A stretch of 64,000 bases of DNA from Alkalispirochaeta sp. (GCA_965601925.1 OZ271854.1:3968001-4032000); one strand, 5' to 3'; positions 29,220-41,063 are shown, numbered from the stretch's first letter. Notes: a model not told the origin generated them from the letters alone. Program-made: numbers and translations.

Positions 29220-30284
29220 ATGCCGCTCTACACTCCAGGACCGTCGGATCACCTTTATCGGCTCACACGATTCGAAGAATCTGCGGTCTTGGAGATGCTT
29301 GAGAGCCTACTATCTCTCTTGGATCCCGTACGGAATGCCGACTGGAAACAGACCGTACGCGGCGAGTTGGGACAAAGATTTCTCGACCGCCTTGCGGATT
29401 TGTATCCGCACTTTCACGGCGGCGCCGATTTCATCGAGTTTGCCGTTGCCGGCGACGAGCAGCAGGACATCCCCTCCTTTTTTGATGCCGTAGAGGCGCA
29501 GTCGCCGCGCCGTTTTCTTTTTCTGGTTCTCGGACGTATGTATCCCGAGGAATCCCTTCCGGAGACGATATCGCGGGAGACGGTCGAGCGTTTTTTGGAA
29601 GAGCGAAAGACTCGCAACCATCATCAACACATAGGAGCCGACTTTGCGTGGTGCGACGACCTTCCGGGGCTGCAAAAGCGCGTCGTGGCCCTCTGGAGAG
29701 AGTACTATGAGGGCGTCTTTCGAGATCACATCGACGACGGAGCCGCGGAACGCACGGAGGCGATCACCGAAAAAAAGACTCTTTTGGAGAACGAGGGCGG
29801 CGTCGCGGTGCTGAAGGAGATTACCGGTATGGCGGAACTGCCGTCGGAGATGCCCGCCGGTTTCCCGTATACCAGCCTCGTATTCGTCCCGGTCCTCAGA
29901 ATCAATCGCGGCCATAAGATGTACTTCGGGTACGGAAAGGTCGTCGTTCTCTTCGACGCCCACCGTACACGGCGCCAGATAACCGCCCAACGGGAGCGAC
30001 GCGACCGATTGACCAGAGTCATGCGCGCCCTCGCCGATCCCGGCCGCCTGCGGATGCTCCAAGTAATTGCCGGCGACGACTACAAGTTCAACGGTCAGCG
30101 AGTCGCCAATTGGACCAACCTCTCAACCTCGGTGGTGAGTCGCCATCTCAAACAGCTGCGCGAGGCCGGACTCATCGAAGAGCACTCGCCGGACAATCGC
30201 AACGTCCTCTATCGGGTCAATACCGAAGCGATCGAAGAACTCTCAAACGAGTTATTGCGCTACGTAAAAGACCTTCAATTATAG
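29220..30284 (+). CDS. ArsR-family regulator with a large N-terminal domain
   Basis: C-terminal ALADPGRLRML...VSRHLKQLREAGLI. Confidence 0.85.
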   Translation: MPLYTPGPSDHLYRLTRFEESAVLEMLESLLSLLDPVRNADWKQTVRGELGQRFLDRLADLYPHFHGGADFIEFAVAGDEQQDIPSFFDAVEAQSPRRFLFLVLGRMYPEESLPETISRETVERFLEERKTRNHHQHIGADFAWCDDLPGLQKRVVALWREYYEGVFRDHIDDGAAERTEAITEKKTLLENEGGVAVLKEITGMAELPSEMPAGFPYTSLVFVPVLRINRGHKMYFGYGKVVVLFDAHRTRRQITAQRERRDRLTRVMRALADPGRLRMLQVIAGDDYKFNGQRVANWTNLSTSVVSRHLKQLREAGLIEEHSPDNRNVLYRVNTEAIEELSNELLRYVKDLQL

Positions 30285-30325
30285 CGAACGCGATCCACGC
30301 GTTTTCGGCGGTCGTCCGCCCCACC

Positions 30326-31258
30326 CTATGAGTATCGGTCTCGTCCGACGATCTTCGCCGCGGTACCCAGGAGACGACCTTCGATTAATAGAAGACCGAT
30401 TGCAATACACGCCATACCGACCCAATGCCGGACGAGCAGCCGTTCCCGCAACACGAATACGCCCAACAGCGTCGCGCTTACCGGCACCAAGAGGGTCACC
30501 AACAGCACGTTTGTAGCGCCGGAGCGCGAGAGCACCCGAAAATACAACAGATACGCGACGGCGGTGCTCAAAAACGCCAGCGATAGGACCGCCGCGGTCG
30601 TACTCGGCGTTGTAGGAAACCTGATCAACGACGGGTCGACCGCGATCGTCACGGCGGCGACGATTACCGTGCTCGCCGTTAATTGTCCTCCGGCAACGGC
30701 GATAAGCGGGCATCCGGTCGCGCGAAATCGGCGGGCAAAGATACCTGCGATGCTATACGATATCGCGGCCCCTACTACCGCCAAGGAACCGAGAACGGCG
30801 GCTCGTCCTCCGGTAGCGCGTCCTACTCCGACGATGACGGCGACTCCCACCAAGCCGACGACACTCCCGAGTATTTTGCGCCCGTTCATCTTCTCGTCGG
30901 ATGTGAGGAAATGGGCCAGGAGAATCGTAAACATCGGCGTCGTCGCGTTGAGCACCGATGCGACGCTACTGTCTATGGAGCGTTGCGCCTGAAAAATCAG
31001 CGTGAACGGGATGACGTTGTTCACCGCGCCCATCACAAAGAAGGCGCCCCACATCCGCGGGTAGTGAAAGGGTGTACGCCGAAAGGGCAATGCCACCGCG
31101 TTGAGCGCGATTGCGGCGATACCGACGCGGAGCAACACGAGCGATACCGCCGGCATCTCCGCGATCGCTATCTTGCCGAAAAAGAAGGATCCGCCCCACA
31201 GAAACGAGAGCAGTCCGATCGATATCCAGCTTGATGTGTCCATGCGTAGATCGTTCAT
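30326..31258 (-). CDS. DMT/EamA transporter
   Basis: LWGGSF, LNATTP, about 10 TM; start uncertain. Confidence 0.88.
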   Translation of the reverse strand: MNDLRMDTSSWISIGLLSFLWGGSFFFGKIAIAEMPAVSLVLLRVGIAAIALNAVALPFRRTPFHYPRMWGAFFVMGAVNNVIPFTLIFQAQRSIDSSVASVLNATTPMFTILLAHFLTSDEKMNGRKILGSVVGLVGVAVIVGVGRATGGRAAVLGSLAVVGAAISYSIAGIFARRFRATGCPLIAVAGGQLTASTVIVAAVTIAVDPSLIRFPTTPSTTAAVLSLAFLSTAVAYLLYFRVLSRSGATNVLLVTLLVPVSATLLGVFVLRERLLVRHWVGMACIAIGLLLIEGRLLGTAAKIVGRDRYS

Positions 31259-31508
31259 CGTGGCTACCATACGATAATACCCATCCGCCGTCATTCCGCA
31301 TCGTGCTGCCGTAGGCGGCTGCTCCCGTGCATACTGAGGAGTAGTTGCACGATGGACACGATACCGCGCGAGGAGTCGGCAACGAGAACGTTCGTCCCGA
31401 TGAGAACGTTTGCCTCCTTTCCCGAGACCGCCGAACAAGGTGAACGGTGTACGCGAAAGGACGTTGCACCGCAAGACGCGGCGCAGCGATACGACCGAAG
31501 CGTACGCG

Positions 31509-32162
31509 CTACGCCGACGCCAACCGGTCTAACGCCTCGATAATCTCCGCAGGTTCGGCGCGGAATCGATAATCGGGATGGAGAAACTCGTACACGATGA
31601 CACCGTCACGACCTATCACATACGTCGCCGCCAAGGGCAACTCGTCGGTGTCGTTTGCGTTGTACTCAGAGAGACGAAATGAGCCGTTGTAGTGTTTCAT
31701 GACGTAGTTGGGGACGCGGAAAACCAACCCGTACGTTCGCGCAACGAGGTTGTCCGTATCGTTCAATACCTCGAACTCCAGCGCATGTTTCTCCGCCGTG
31801 GACATGGAGTGGTCCGGCGTCTCGGGTGTGAGGGCGACCAGCGTCGCTCCCCGCTCCTTAAACTCTTCGAGAGCGTCCTGGAGTGCACGGAGCGTAATAT
31901 TGCAGTAGGGACACCACCCGCCGCGGTACCACGTCAAGACGACCGGTCCAAGCTGCAGCAACTCGGACAGCCGCGTCTGTGTACCGACCGCGTTACGAAG
32001 CACAAAGTCCGGCGCAGCGTCGCCGGCGTGCTTGGCTCCCTCGACAACGTTTCGCTCTATGATCTCCCGCACGCCGCGGTCGTAGTCCTCGATCATGGAT
32101 GGAGACGCTTTCTTGAGAAACGCACTCTTTCGCGCGTCTAAATCACTCTGAAGGCTTTGCAT
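31509..32162 (-). CDS. Peroxiredoxin-like (AhpC/TSA) protein
   Basis: GDAAPDF, YRGGWCPYC, LPLAATYVI. Confidence 0.9.
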   Translation of the reverse strand: MQSLQSDLDARKSAFLKKASPSMIEDYDRGVREIIERNVVEGAKHAGDAAPDFVLRNAVGTQTRLSELLQLGPVVLTWYRGGWCPYCNITLRALQDALEEFKERGATLVALTPETPDHSMSTAEKHALEFEVLNDTDNLVARTYGLVFRVPNYVMKHYNGSFRLSEYNANDTDELPLAATYVIGRDGVIVYEFLHPDYRFRAEPAEIIEALDRLASA

Positions 32163-32371
32163 AGGTGAAGCGTACGCGTGAAACCGCAGCTTGGTCAATC
32201 AATTGTATCTACAATCGCGTATGCGAATGAGGACGTAGCGTTTGTCGGCCATTGTCCGCGCTTATCCTGGGCGAGGGCACGGTCAAGAGCGATCACACCA
32301 CCTTGATAGTCCTTGTCGTAGCCCCGAGCGATGCATAGCTTGTATCGGTCGGTATGAAGGGAGTCGGGGCT

Positions 32372-33196
32372 ATGCAGTTCGACATATCGCGTATGTGGAG
32401 GTGGCCCGGCCTGGGGGGTATGCGTCTTCTACGCGCGGTCTATAAGACCCACTCCTTCCGGCCTCACAGCCATGATTACTATGTCATAGGTATTGTGGAT
32501 AACGGGGTGCAGCGGTTTGACCACCATCGACGGCACTACACCACCGTTCCCGGAGAACTCATCGTAATCAATCCCGGGGAAGTACACACCGGAGAGTCCG
32601 CGGGCAGAACCGGTTTTTCGTATAGAGCTATCTATCCGGAAGTCGCGACGATGCAACGCGTTGCGCAGGACATCAGCGAACGTAACGTACCCGCCCCGGA
32701 GTTCCGACGCGCCCACGTGTCCGCTCCAGGGCTCTTCTCATGCATGCAGGCGACGCATCGCGGCCTCGAGGCGATTCAAACTCACGATGCGTTAACCGCC
32801 GAAACGGCCGCCTACCAACTACTCGTATATCTCATAGAGAGATTCGCCGACAATCCTCCGCGTCCTCGACCGTTTCGCGACGCACCGACCGCCGTGCGGA
32901 TCGCGAGAGACTATCTTGAAACACATTACGCCGACCCCGTGTCGCTACACGACCTATCGCGAGAGTGTGGTCTGAGCCGCTACCATTTGGCGCGTCTTTT
33001 TTCGCGTGCGTTCGAGATGCCGCCGCATCGCTATTTGGAAAACGTGCGCGTGCGACACGCGCAACGCCTTTTAGAGTCGGGTTCTCCGATCGCCGAGGTA
33101 GCCTACGCCACCGGCTTTTCGAGCCAACCGCATCTCAATCGCACGTTTAAGCGATTTATCGGCGTTACTCCCGGGCTATACCGCAAGATGGTATAA
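32372..33196 (+). CDS. AraC-family regulator
   Basis: Cupin HSHD...PGEVH; C-terminal GFSSQPHLNR.FK...GVTPG. Confidence 0.93.
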   Translation: MQFDISRMWRWPGLGGMRLLRAVYKTHSFRPHSHDYYVIGIVDNGVQRFDHHRRHYTTVPGELIVINPGEVHTGESAGRTGFSYRAIYPEVATMQRVAQDISERNVPAPEFRRAHVSAPGLFSCMQATHRGLEAIQTHDALTAETAAYQLLVYLIERFADNPPRPRPFRDAPTAVRIARDYLETHYADPVSLHDLSRECGLSRYHLARLFSRAFEMPPHRYLENVRVRHAQRLLESGSPIAEVAYATGFSSQPHLNRTFKRFIGVTPGLYRKMV

Positions 33197-33250
33197 GACA
33201 ATCCCTGACGCAGAGAGGCATAGTGATCAAAACGATCAGGGAGGTGCCCT

Positions 33251-33661
33251 TTGCAGTTCGATACAAAAATCGCGGTGGTGGTGAGGGACGATTTGGTTCA
33301 ATGGCAAAAACTCAATGTTACGGCGTTTACCGTGAGCGGCATCGCCGGTACGGTGAAGGAAGTTGTCGGCGAGGAGTACATCGACGCCACCGGAAACAGA
33401 TATCTCCCCATGTTGCGCCAACCGGTGATGATATTTGCAGCCGATCGCGAACAAATCGGGAAGGTACACAGCCGCGCGCTGCGACGCGGCGTCCGATGCT
33501 CCGTCTATACGGCGCAGCTATTCAACACCGGCCACGACGTCGAGAACCGCGCGGCCGTGCGTGCAGTAGCGCAGGAGTCGCTGGATCTCGTCGGTATCGC
33601 GTTGTACGGAGACAAGGGTGACGTCGACAAAACGGTGAGAGGTATATCGCTTCACCAGTAG
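33251..33661 (+). CDS. DUF2000-family protein
   Basis: FDTKIAVVVRDDL..WQKLNVTAF, LDLVGIAL. Confidence 0.85.
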   Translation: MQFDTKIAVVVRDDLVQWQKLNVTAFTVSGIAGTVKEVVGEEYIDATGNRYLPMLRQPVMIFAADREQIGKVHSRALRRGVRCSVYTAQLFNTGHDVENRAAVRAVAQESLDLVGIALYGDKGDVDKTVRGISLHQ

Positions 33662-33703
33662 TAGGTGTTCCCACACTGCGGAGCCGTTGTTCGGCGATCG
33701 CGC

Positions 33704-34615
33704 CTATTCGCTGCCGCGCCGTTCGGCGCGTTGTACGAGATACACTCCCACAAGCACGGCGGCGGCTCCGGCGATGTTTCCCACACCGACGTGCTCGCCC
33801 AGAACGATTGCGCCGATGACGGTGGCGATAATCGGTGAGACAAAGAGCCACGTCGAGGCAAAGAGCGGGCTGACATTGCCGATAAGCCACAAGTACATCG
33901 AGTGGGCGCCGATCGAGCCGAACACGACGAGATATATGAGAGAGCCGAGGGCTGCGCGAGAGACGGGCATGGACGTTTGTCCCGTCGCCACGGCGATACC
34001 CAGGAGGAACAGGCCGCCGAACAACATGTTATATCCGTTGGTTCGGACGCTATCGGGGGCGGTGCGAAACGCGCGGCGATACCACACCGTTCCCAAGCCG
34101 TAGGCCAATTCGGCGACAAATGCGGCAACGGCGCCGGCCAAGGCCATATCGCCGGCTCCACGCGCCGCACCGATAAGAAAGACCGAACCGCCGAGGCCCA
34201 CGGCCAAGCCGACCACGTGTACCACGTTCAGACGCTTCCCGAGAAGCGCGACGGAGAGTGCCGCGACGACGATCGGAGATGCCGCCTGGATCTGGGCGAC
34301 GTGGCCCGAAGCGATATGTTGCGCCGCCCAATAGGTCGCGGCAAAGGTAATGCCGATGATGAGTATTCCGAGGACCATCACGCGCCATACGTACTCAAAG
34401 TTCGGTCCGCCCCCGCGCCGAAATAGGCCGCCGCGCGCCGCCACGAGAATCAGCCCGGCGGTGGTGAAACGGAGTCCGCCGGCCAGAAACGGCGGTACGC
34501 CGGCGTCGGATCCGATCTTGATCGCCAGAAACGTCGTTCCGAAGATGAGGCACATCGTCACGTACACCATCCATGCGCGACGAGATATCGTTATCCTGGT
34601 ATCCTGCACATCCAT
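33704..34615 (-). CDS. EamA/DMT transporter
   Basis: IFGTTFLAIK, PPF...RF, YLVVFGS. Confidence 0.88.
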   Translation of the reverse strand: MDVQDTRITISRRAWMVYVTMCLIFGTTFLAIKIGSDAGVPPFLAGGLRFTTAGLILVAARGGLFRRGGGPNFEYVWRVMVLGILIIGITFAATYWAAQHIASGHVAQIQAASPIVVAALSVALLGKRLNVVHVVGLAVGLGGSVFLIGAARGAGDMALAGAVAAFVAELAYGLGTVWYRRAFRTAPDSVRTNGYNMLFGGLFLLGIAVATGQTSMPVSRAALGSLIYLVVFGSIGAHSMYLWLIGNVSPLFASTWLFVSPIIATVIGAIVLGEHVGVGNIAGAAAVLVGVYLVQRAERRGSE

Positions 34616-34709
34616 GGACGATACGGTACCTCGCCGGGGAGCGGCCGGGACAGACACAGTTCACGCGAAAAAGGACGGTACACCGCCACGCAACGGAGAT
34701 GCGTCGGCC

Positions 34710-35270
34710 ATGACGTGCCAATCGGAATCATCGCGCCGACTGCGCGGACCGACGCGTCGGGAGGTCAGAGCGTATACCGAGACACATGCGTCGCCGCCGC
34801 TCCTCGAGGTGAAACACCGGCCCGATGGAACGACGGATACGGCGTCGTGCATTGAGCTCCAACGCGGATCAGGTGAGATGCTGCTCTACCACGAGCTCGT
34901 ATCGGTATGGAAGGTGGGGTCGATCACGATCGCGCCGCCGATGTTTACCCTCGCGTGGTACCGCCGAGACACGCCGTACAACGCGTATACGTGGTTTGCA
35001 TCCGACGGCGAAGCGGTGGGGTCCTATTTCAATGTGGTTGCGCCGGAAGGCTATACTCTCGTCGACCGAGCGCTTCACTACTACGACCGCCACGTCGATG
35101 TCCTCGTCCTTCCCGACGGGACGGCAACGCTACTCGATCTGGATGAGCTTGCCACGCTCCCCGTGTCGCAGCGGATTTCCGCGCGTGCCGTTGCCGACGA
35201 GATCGTCGCTCGCGCCGACTCGTTTGTGATGCGTATATACGATCGTATCGGCAATCTCTTTTCGGCATGA
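34710..35270 (+). CDS. DUF402-family protein
   Basis: YFNV...Y.D..VDVLV.PDG...LD.DE; start uncertain. Confidence 0.7.
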   Translation: MTCQSESSRRLRGPTRREVRAYTETHASPPLLEVKHRPDGTTDTASCIELQRGSGEMLLYHELVSVWKVGSITIAPPMFTLAWYRRDTPYNAYTWFASDGEAVGSYFNVVAPEGYTLVDRALHYYDRHVDVLVLPDGTATLLDLDELATLPVSQRISARAVADEIVARADSFVMRIYDRIGNLFSA

Positions 35271-35415
35271 AATCGCACTCACCGTCCTCCGTCATCCGAC
35301 GCTCGTCCTCTTGCGCGTTACGGACGACGAAATCGTCATTCGCCCTGCGTGGTACCGTCGGCGTATTGAGGCGTCGTCGGTATGCTCGCCGTTGAATTAC
35401 TGATAGGCTGCCCCG

Positions 35416-36564
35416 GTGAGTACCGGAGAGACCGAATCGAGCGTGGCGAGTGTCGCGCTCTTTTCCGTAGCAATGTGTATGGTGGGACTCCTGATCGGCG
35501 AGACGGGGGCCGTACTCGAGCGCATTACCGCAGAGCTCGATATCTCGCCGACGCGCCAGGGGATACTGGTCTCGTCGCGTTTCGTGGGCGGCATTCTCGT
35601 CGGCTTTCTGCTATGGCTCGACTCGTCGGCGCTCCGCATTCGCCTCGTGCTCGCCATTTCGGCGGTTGCCGTCGCGTTATCGGGACTCACCCTTCTTCGT
35701 CCGACCTATGGAGGCGCCCTCGTTACCGCGTCGATTCGCGGGTTGGCCGCCGGAGCACTGATACCGCTGTCGGGTGTGTTTGCATCGTCTCAAAAGAGAT
35801 GGCCGACGGGATTCGTCGCTGCGATCGTAAACACGTCCGTGAGCGCCGGTCTGGTCGCCGTGTCACTCGTATCGCTTCATCTCTCAGGAGTTTCCGGTAT
35901 CTCGTGGCGCGCCTACTGGGTCGCGCCGAGTGTCCTGTCCCTCGCGATCGTCGTTGCGCTACCGTTCGTGCGCTTTCCCGGTGCCGGAGACGTCACTCGG
36001 ACGGGGCGACGCAAGACCAACTGGCCGCTCGCTCTGGCCGGCTTTTTGATTATCGGGAGCGAGGCCGTCCTGTTGGGATGGATGCCGGCGCAGTCGGCCG
36101 CCGTAACGGCACACGGGAGACCCGGCGAGTGGTTCGCCCTGTTGGTGATGCTCGGCGTATTTGCGGGGCGCTTGCTCTCGATTTCCGTGTTCAAACGGAT
36201 CCGCGCCTTCCACGTGTTGCTTTTTTCGGCGTGTGCGGTGATAGCCTCCGGCGTCGCATGGATCGTATGGCGAGAAACGGCGTGGCTGACCATCCTCCTC
36301 TCCGGCCTCGCGACCTCGGCGCTCTTTCCGGCGTTGATATCCACGACGACCGAAGTCGATCCCACCGGTGCACCGGCGACGATAACGGCGCTCGGATGGA
36401 CCGGGGCGATCGGAGGCACGGTCGTGCCGATCGCCGCCGGAGTGACGCTATCGGCAGGCGTCCCGATACGTTGGTCTTCGGCCGCCGTCTTTGTGCCGGT
36501 GTTGTGCGCCCTTCCGCTGATCGTGCGCTCCGCCCGGCGCCGTCCGAGAATCCGCGGGAGTTGA
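35416..36564 (+). CDS. MFS transporter
   Basis: About 12 hydrophobic segments; GR motif; FP motif. Confidence 0.8.
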   Translation: MSTGETESSVASVALFSVAMCMVGLLIGETGAVLERITAELDISPTRQGILVSSRFVGGILVGFLLWLDSSALRIRLVLAISAVAVALSGLTLLRPTYGGALVTASIRGLAAGALIPLSGVFASSQKRWPTGFVAAIVNTSVSAGLVAVSLVSLHLSGVSGISWRAYWVAPSVLSLAIVVALPFVRFPGAGDVTRTGRRKTNWPLALAGFLIIGSEAVLLGWMPAQSAAVTAHGRPGEWFALLVMLGVFAGRLLSISVFKRIRAFHVLLFSACAVIASGVAWIVWRETAWLTILLSGLATSALFPALISTTTEVDPTGAPATITALGWTGAIGGTVVPIAAGVTLSAGVPIRWSSAAVFVPVLCALPLIVRSARRRPRIRGS

Positions 36565-36714
36565 TCCTCAATTCCACACCGAGCAATCGTGGCAAATCGG
36601 TTTTCGCTGCATTAGAGTAAGTGCGAGTACTGCTCGTGCGATCGTTAGGCTGAATGAACTCATACCGTCCCGCAACCAGCGAGTCACTCGATATGTGTGA
36701 TCAGGAGGAACGAT

Positions 36715-38595
36715 ATGAGACTGAAGACAAGGATCTACGGAATCGTTGCCCTCATGTTGCTATTCATAGTCATCGTCGCCGGCGTCAGTATTGGATTCAT
36801 GGAAAGAATCGGGGCGGAGCTCGATGAAATATCTCAGGAAGACATACCACTCACAGAAATCGTTACGCAGATTACCATTCACCTATACGACGCAGCGCGT
36901 CTGTTGGAAAAAGGAGTGCGTTTAGCATATTTCGGTGACTTTCAGGGCATGGAAGAAGTATTTGCCGATGTGCGCCAACTCAACGAGCTGGTTCACGAGG
37001 AGCTGCTCGAGGGCGAGCGCATCGCCGATGAAGCGATAACACTCGCGATCAGCGATCACGCGCGGGAAGAGTTTCGACTCATCAAGACGTCTCTGGAGAC
37101 GATCGAGGCTCATCACACCGAACACTCGCTCCATGTAGACGATCTTGTTCTCGAGGCACAGGAGATCCTACGCTCCCGCTCCTCCGGGGAGACGGAGGCG
37201 GATACCTTAGAACGAATGCGCCTTCTCGAGGCCAACTTCGGTGCCGTCGAGGCCGAAATCGAGTCGCTCGATCTGGAGACGGTGGCACTTCTTTCGGAGA
37301 TCTCGAATTTTACCGCGACGTCCGCACTCCAGGCCGCACACCACGAGCATAGGGCGGAAGTCATCATGATCATCGTGGCATCCTTTGCCTTCCTCGTGGG
37401 CTCCGCGGTGAGCATCGTAACAGTTCGGGGCATTCTCAGGAACTTAGGGGGAGAACCGGCGGTGATAGAGAGCATTGCCAAGCGCGTTTCCGGAGGCAAC
37501 CTCTCCATGAACGCTCTCGATGAAGTCGACGCTTCCTCGGGTATTTTGGGTTCGGTGAAGGTGATGGTTGAGCGCTTGCGGGACATCGTCGTCGGCATTC
37601 GCGGCGCGATGGACGGTTTGAAACATTCCGACAAGGATCTCGGTTCTGCAATCGTGCAAATTGCCGCCGCCGTCGCCGAGATTGAGGCCAATATCGGCAG
37701 TACCTCACGACAGATGGAGACGCAGGCTACCAGCGTGTTGGAGACTACCTCTGCGGTCGAACAGATCGCCAAAAGCATCGATTCACTGAATGGCGCGGTA
37801 GCGATCCAGGCGACGAACATCACCGAATCGAACTCGGCGATCGAGCAACTGGTCGCCAACATCAAAGCGGTGCTGAAACTGTCCGAGGAGGCGAAGGGAC
37901 ACGTCGGTTCGCTGGTATCCAACTCCGCTACGGGGAGAGAGAGCGTCAATCAAATCATCGCGTCGATCCGCGCAATCGCAAGAAATTCGGAGAACCTGAT
38001 GATGGCAAACACGGCCATTGCCGACATATCCAGCCAAACCAACTTATTGGCGATGAACGCGGCCATCGAGGCCGCTCACGCCGGAGAGACCGGAAGGGGG
38101 TTTGCCGTCGTCGCCGCTGAGATCCGCAAACTGTCTCAGTCAGTAGCGGTCCAGTCCAAGACGATCGCCCGAACATTGGAGGGCGAAGTCTCCTCCGTCT
38201 CAGACGTCGTCGAAACCGGCGATTCCACGGAGACGGCATTTGCCGGCATTACCGACTCGGTGAGCTTTGTGGAAGATATGGTGTCCAACCTTGACCACGC
38301 GATTGCGGAGCAGAACGCGGGAAGTGAGGAGATCATCACCGCTCTTGCGGAGGTCAATGAAATCACCTCCGTCGTGAAAAGCAGCACGAATGAGATGAGT
38401 CTGGGAAACACCGAGATTCTCAAGGCGGTCACGAGCTTTCGTGACGTAAACGACCAAGTCGTAGGTGCCGTGAAAGAGATTGCCCAAGGAGCGACGGAGA
38501 TCAACGTCTCCATGAATCACGTCGCCGATATCAGCGTCGAAAACAATCGGCGCGTAGACGAAGTGGTGGACAAGCTGGAGTTCTTTTCGCTCTAA
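36715..38595 (+). CDS. Methyl-accepting chemotaxis protein
   Basis: 2 TM, helical periplasmic domain, [32 protein letters not shown]. Confidence 0.95.
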   Translation: MRLKTRIYGIVALMLLFIVIVAGVSIGFMERIGAELDEISQEDIPLTEIVTQITIHLYDAARLLEKGVRLAYFGDFQGMEEVFADVRQLNELVHEELLEGERIADEAITLAISDHAREEFRLIKTSLETIEAHHTEHSLHVDDLVLEAQEILRSRSSGETEADTLERMRLLEANFGAVEAEIESLDLETVALLSEISNFTATSALQAAHHEHRAEVIMIIVASFAFLVGSAVSIVTVRGILRNLGGEPAVIESIAKRVSGGNLSMNALDEVDASSGILGSVKVMVERLRDIVVGIRGAMDGLKHSDKDLGSAIVQIAAAVAEIEANIGSTSRQMETQATSVLETTSAVEQIAKSIDSLNGAVAIQATNITESNSAIEQLVANIKAVLKLSEEAKGHVGSLVSNSATGRESVNQIIASIRAIARNSENLMMANTAIADISSQTNLLAMNAAIEAAHAGETGRGFAVVAAEIRKLSQSVAVQSKTIARTLEGEVSSVSDVVETGDSTETAFAGITDSVSFVEDMVSNLDHAIAEQNAGSEEIITALAEVNEITSVVKSSTNEMSLGNTEILKAVTSFRDVNDQVVGAVKEIAQGATEINVSMNHVADISVENNRRVDEVVDKLEFFSL

Positions 38596-39659
38596 ATTCG
38601 GTCTCTGTAGTACTCGACGTTCTCCGCCATCACGACGTGAAGGGGTGTATTGACGATCGACATACGCGGCGGCTCCCCGGAGCGTATCCGGTCAACAAGC
38701 ATTTTGGTTGCAACGTAGCTCTGTCGCGCCATGTCCTGAAAGACGACGGCGGTGATTGCACCGTCGGTGAGATATCGCACCGTCTCGGGATATAGGTCGA
38801 AGCCGACGACGGTAACCGCTCCGGCCAACCCGCGCTGGATGAGAAAATCTCCGATGATGTGCATGTTGCCCGTTACATCATAGATGCCGGTCACGTCGCC
38901 GCGCGTTATCTCCAGATTCAAATAGTGCAGCAGCTCCTCACGCCCTTGAAACTTGTGAGGCGGCGAGAGGGAGAGGTGGTGATGGTCGGCGATCCGCGAG
39001 CGAAAGCCGACCATGCGGTCGGAGATATCGACGGCCATCGAATCCGGCTCGTGGCCGATGAGGGTGAGCAGGCGTCCGGCACCGGACATCTTTCCCAACA
39101 GCTCCGCCGCCAGTCGCCCGCTGCGAATGTAGTCGCATCCTACGTAACACAGGCGATGGCTGGTAGGAAGATCGCGGTTCACCGTTATGACCGGCAATCC
39201 GTCTTCGACCAGATCGTCGATCATCGGCTCCAGCTCGGGATCCCCGGCGGGCATGACGACGTAACCCGCTACCTCTCCCGTTGCCCGTAATTGCTCGATA
39301 GCCTCCGCCTGCGCCTCTTCTCTGTCTCCCTCGGGTGCGTGGAAGGCGACCTCGAGTCGGAGGCCGCCGGCACGGAGGTCGTCGGTAGCTTGTCGAACGC
39401 CCATGCGAATATGGTCGAGATAGTTGGTGGGGAAGCGTTCGATCGGCGGCGTTGAAAAAGCGACAAAGCCGATGTGGACCGTCTCCTCGTCAACCGTGGG
39501 CCGTGTGTCGGTACGATAGCCGTAACGCGCGAGGGCGCTTATGATTCTGTCGCGCGTGGCGACGCGAATACTTCCGCGGTCGTTAATCGCCTTGTAGATC
39601 GTCGAGCGTGACACGTTGAGTTCTCTCGCAATGTCGTGAATCGTCGGTCGCCGGAGCAT
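38592..39659 (-). CDS. LacI-family regulator
   Basis: [22 protein letters not shown] plus a periplasmic-binding-like domain. Confidence 0.92.
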   Translation of the reverse strand: MLRRPTIHDIARELNVSRSTIYKAINDRGSIRVATRDRIISALARYGYRTDTRPTVDEETVHIGFVAFSTPPIERFPTNYLDHIRMGVRQATDDLRAGGLRLEVAFHAPEGDREEAQAEAIEQLRATGEVAGYVVMPAGDPELEPMIDDLVEDGLPVITVNRDLPTSHRLCYVGCDYIRSGRLAAELLGKMSGAGRLLTLIGHEPDSMAVDISDRMVGFRSRIADHHHLSLSPPHKFQGREELLHYLNLEITRGDVTGIYDVTGNMHIIGDFLIQRGLAGAVTVVGFDLYPETVRYLTDGAITAVVFQDMARQSYVATKMLVDRIRSGEPPRMSIVNTPLHVVMAENVEYYRDRI

Positions 39660-39803
39660 GATTTGTATGCTTCCGTTACGACGTATCCTTGTCAAGCTCT
39701 CAGAGGGAAACAAAAAGTTTTTCTTGACAGATAAAAACACCCCTATGAGAATACAATAAGTGTCTCAAGAAAGGTTTTTCCCGATCTTTGGAGGGTAATC
39801 GGT

Positions 39804-41048
39804 ATGAAAAAAAAACATATTGTGTTATTTGTGTTCGCCTTGTGCGTCGCACCGTTCGTATGGTCGGGCGGCGGATCGGAGAGCGAAGCGGAATCCCCCG
39901 ACGGCGTGACGACGCTCGAGTTGTGGACGTACTTCACGACGGACTGGGACGTCGGTGCGGCGTTTTTCGACGTCGTTGATTCGTATAATGCGTCGCAAGA
40001 CGAAATCTTCGTCGACGTCCAATCGGTACCGTTCGATCAGTTCAAGAATCAACTCACCGTTGCCGCGGCAAGCGGCGCCCTCCCCGATATCGTCCAGTTG
40101 GACAGTACCGATCACGCATCCTTCGCCGCGTTGGGTATCCTCGCCGACGTTACCGAACGTGCCGAGCGCGACCTGCCGCTGGACCAAGTCTATCCCGGAG
40201 CACTGAACAGCGCTCGCTACGACGGGCGCCTGTGGGGCCTTCCGATCGACTCCAATACGATTACCCTCATCTACAATCGGACGATGCTCGCTGAAGCCGG
40301 CTTCACCCGCCCGCCGGACACGTGGGAGGAGCTCCGATCATACGCCGAGGCGATGTCCGGCGGTGGTGTCTACGGTTTCACCAACGCACTGATCCAAAAC
40401 GAGATAAGCACCTTTCAGTTTCTGCCCTTTATCTGGTCGGCCGGCGGCGATATCGATCGTTTGGACAGTCCGGAGACGATCAGCGCTCTCGAGTTTTTGC
40501 GCGGCATGCTCGAAAGTGGGGCCCAGAGTCCCGAGAGCCTCACCTGGGAGCAAGGCAGTACCTTCAACCAGTTCGCCTCGCAACGGGTCGCGATGTACGT
40601 CGAGGGGCCGTGGAGACTCCCGGACCTTAACGAAATCACCGATTTTGGGTGGGCGCTCGCCCCGATGCCGATGAGCAGAGAGCGCGCGTCGGTGTTGGGT
40701 GGTGAAAACATCGCCATAATCGACGGAGACCCCGCCGTTGTGGAGGCGGCGTGGGAGGTAGTACGCTTCTTCTACGAGCCGGAGGTGATGTTGCAGTTCA
40801 ATCGCCGCGCCGGCATGATTCCACCGCGGGCCGACGTCACCGAGGGGAGCGATTACTACATGAACGACGAACACATGCGCGTCTTCGTCGAGATGATGCC
40901 CAGCGCTCGCCCTCGCGGTCCCAGCGCCAACTGGCCTCAGGTGTCGGAGGTGATTCAGGAGCTCATTCAGGCGGTCGGCACCGGGGCAGCGTCGCCGGAA
41001 GACGCAGCCCGGGACGCCGCTGCGGCGATGACGGACGTGCTCCGTTAG
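39804..41048 (+). CDS. Sugar ABC substrate-binding protein
   Basis: Signal peptide, PDI, LIYN, GPW, LGGEN. Confidence 0.9.
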   Translation: MKKKHIVLFVFALCVAPFVWSGGGSESEAESPDGVTTLELWTYFTTDWDVGAAFFDVVDSYNASQDEIFVDVQSVPFDQFKNQLTVAAASGALPDIVQLDSTDHASFAALGILADVTERAERDLPLDQVYPGALNSARYDGRLWGLPIDSNTITLIYNRTMLAEAGFTRPPDTWEELRSYAEAMSGGGVYGFTNALIQNEISTFQFLPFIWSAGGDIDRLDSPETISALEFLRGMLESGAQSPESLTWEQGSTFNQFASQRVAMYVEGPWRLPDLNEITDFGWALAPMPMSRERASVLGGENIAIIDGDPAVVEAAWEVVRFFYEPEVMLQFNRRAGMIPPRADVTEGSDYYMNDEHMRVFVEMMPSARPRGPSANWPQVSEVIQELIQAVGTGAASPEDAARDAAAAMTDVLR

Positions 41049-41063
41049 ATTGGGGTAAGGCTT

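Noticed and set aside
36565..36714. c-di-GMP riboswitch or sigma28 promoter before the MCP
   Set aside because: Only GGCAAA is present, without the remaining consensus; no convincing GCCGATA
39700..39785. LacI operators (AAAAAGTTTTT, GAAAGGTTTTTC)
   Set aside because: Low-complexity and lacking the central CG; too weak to call
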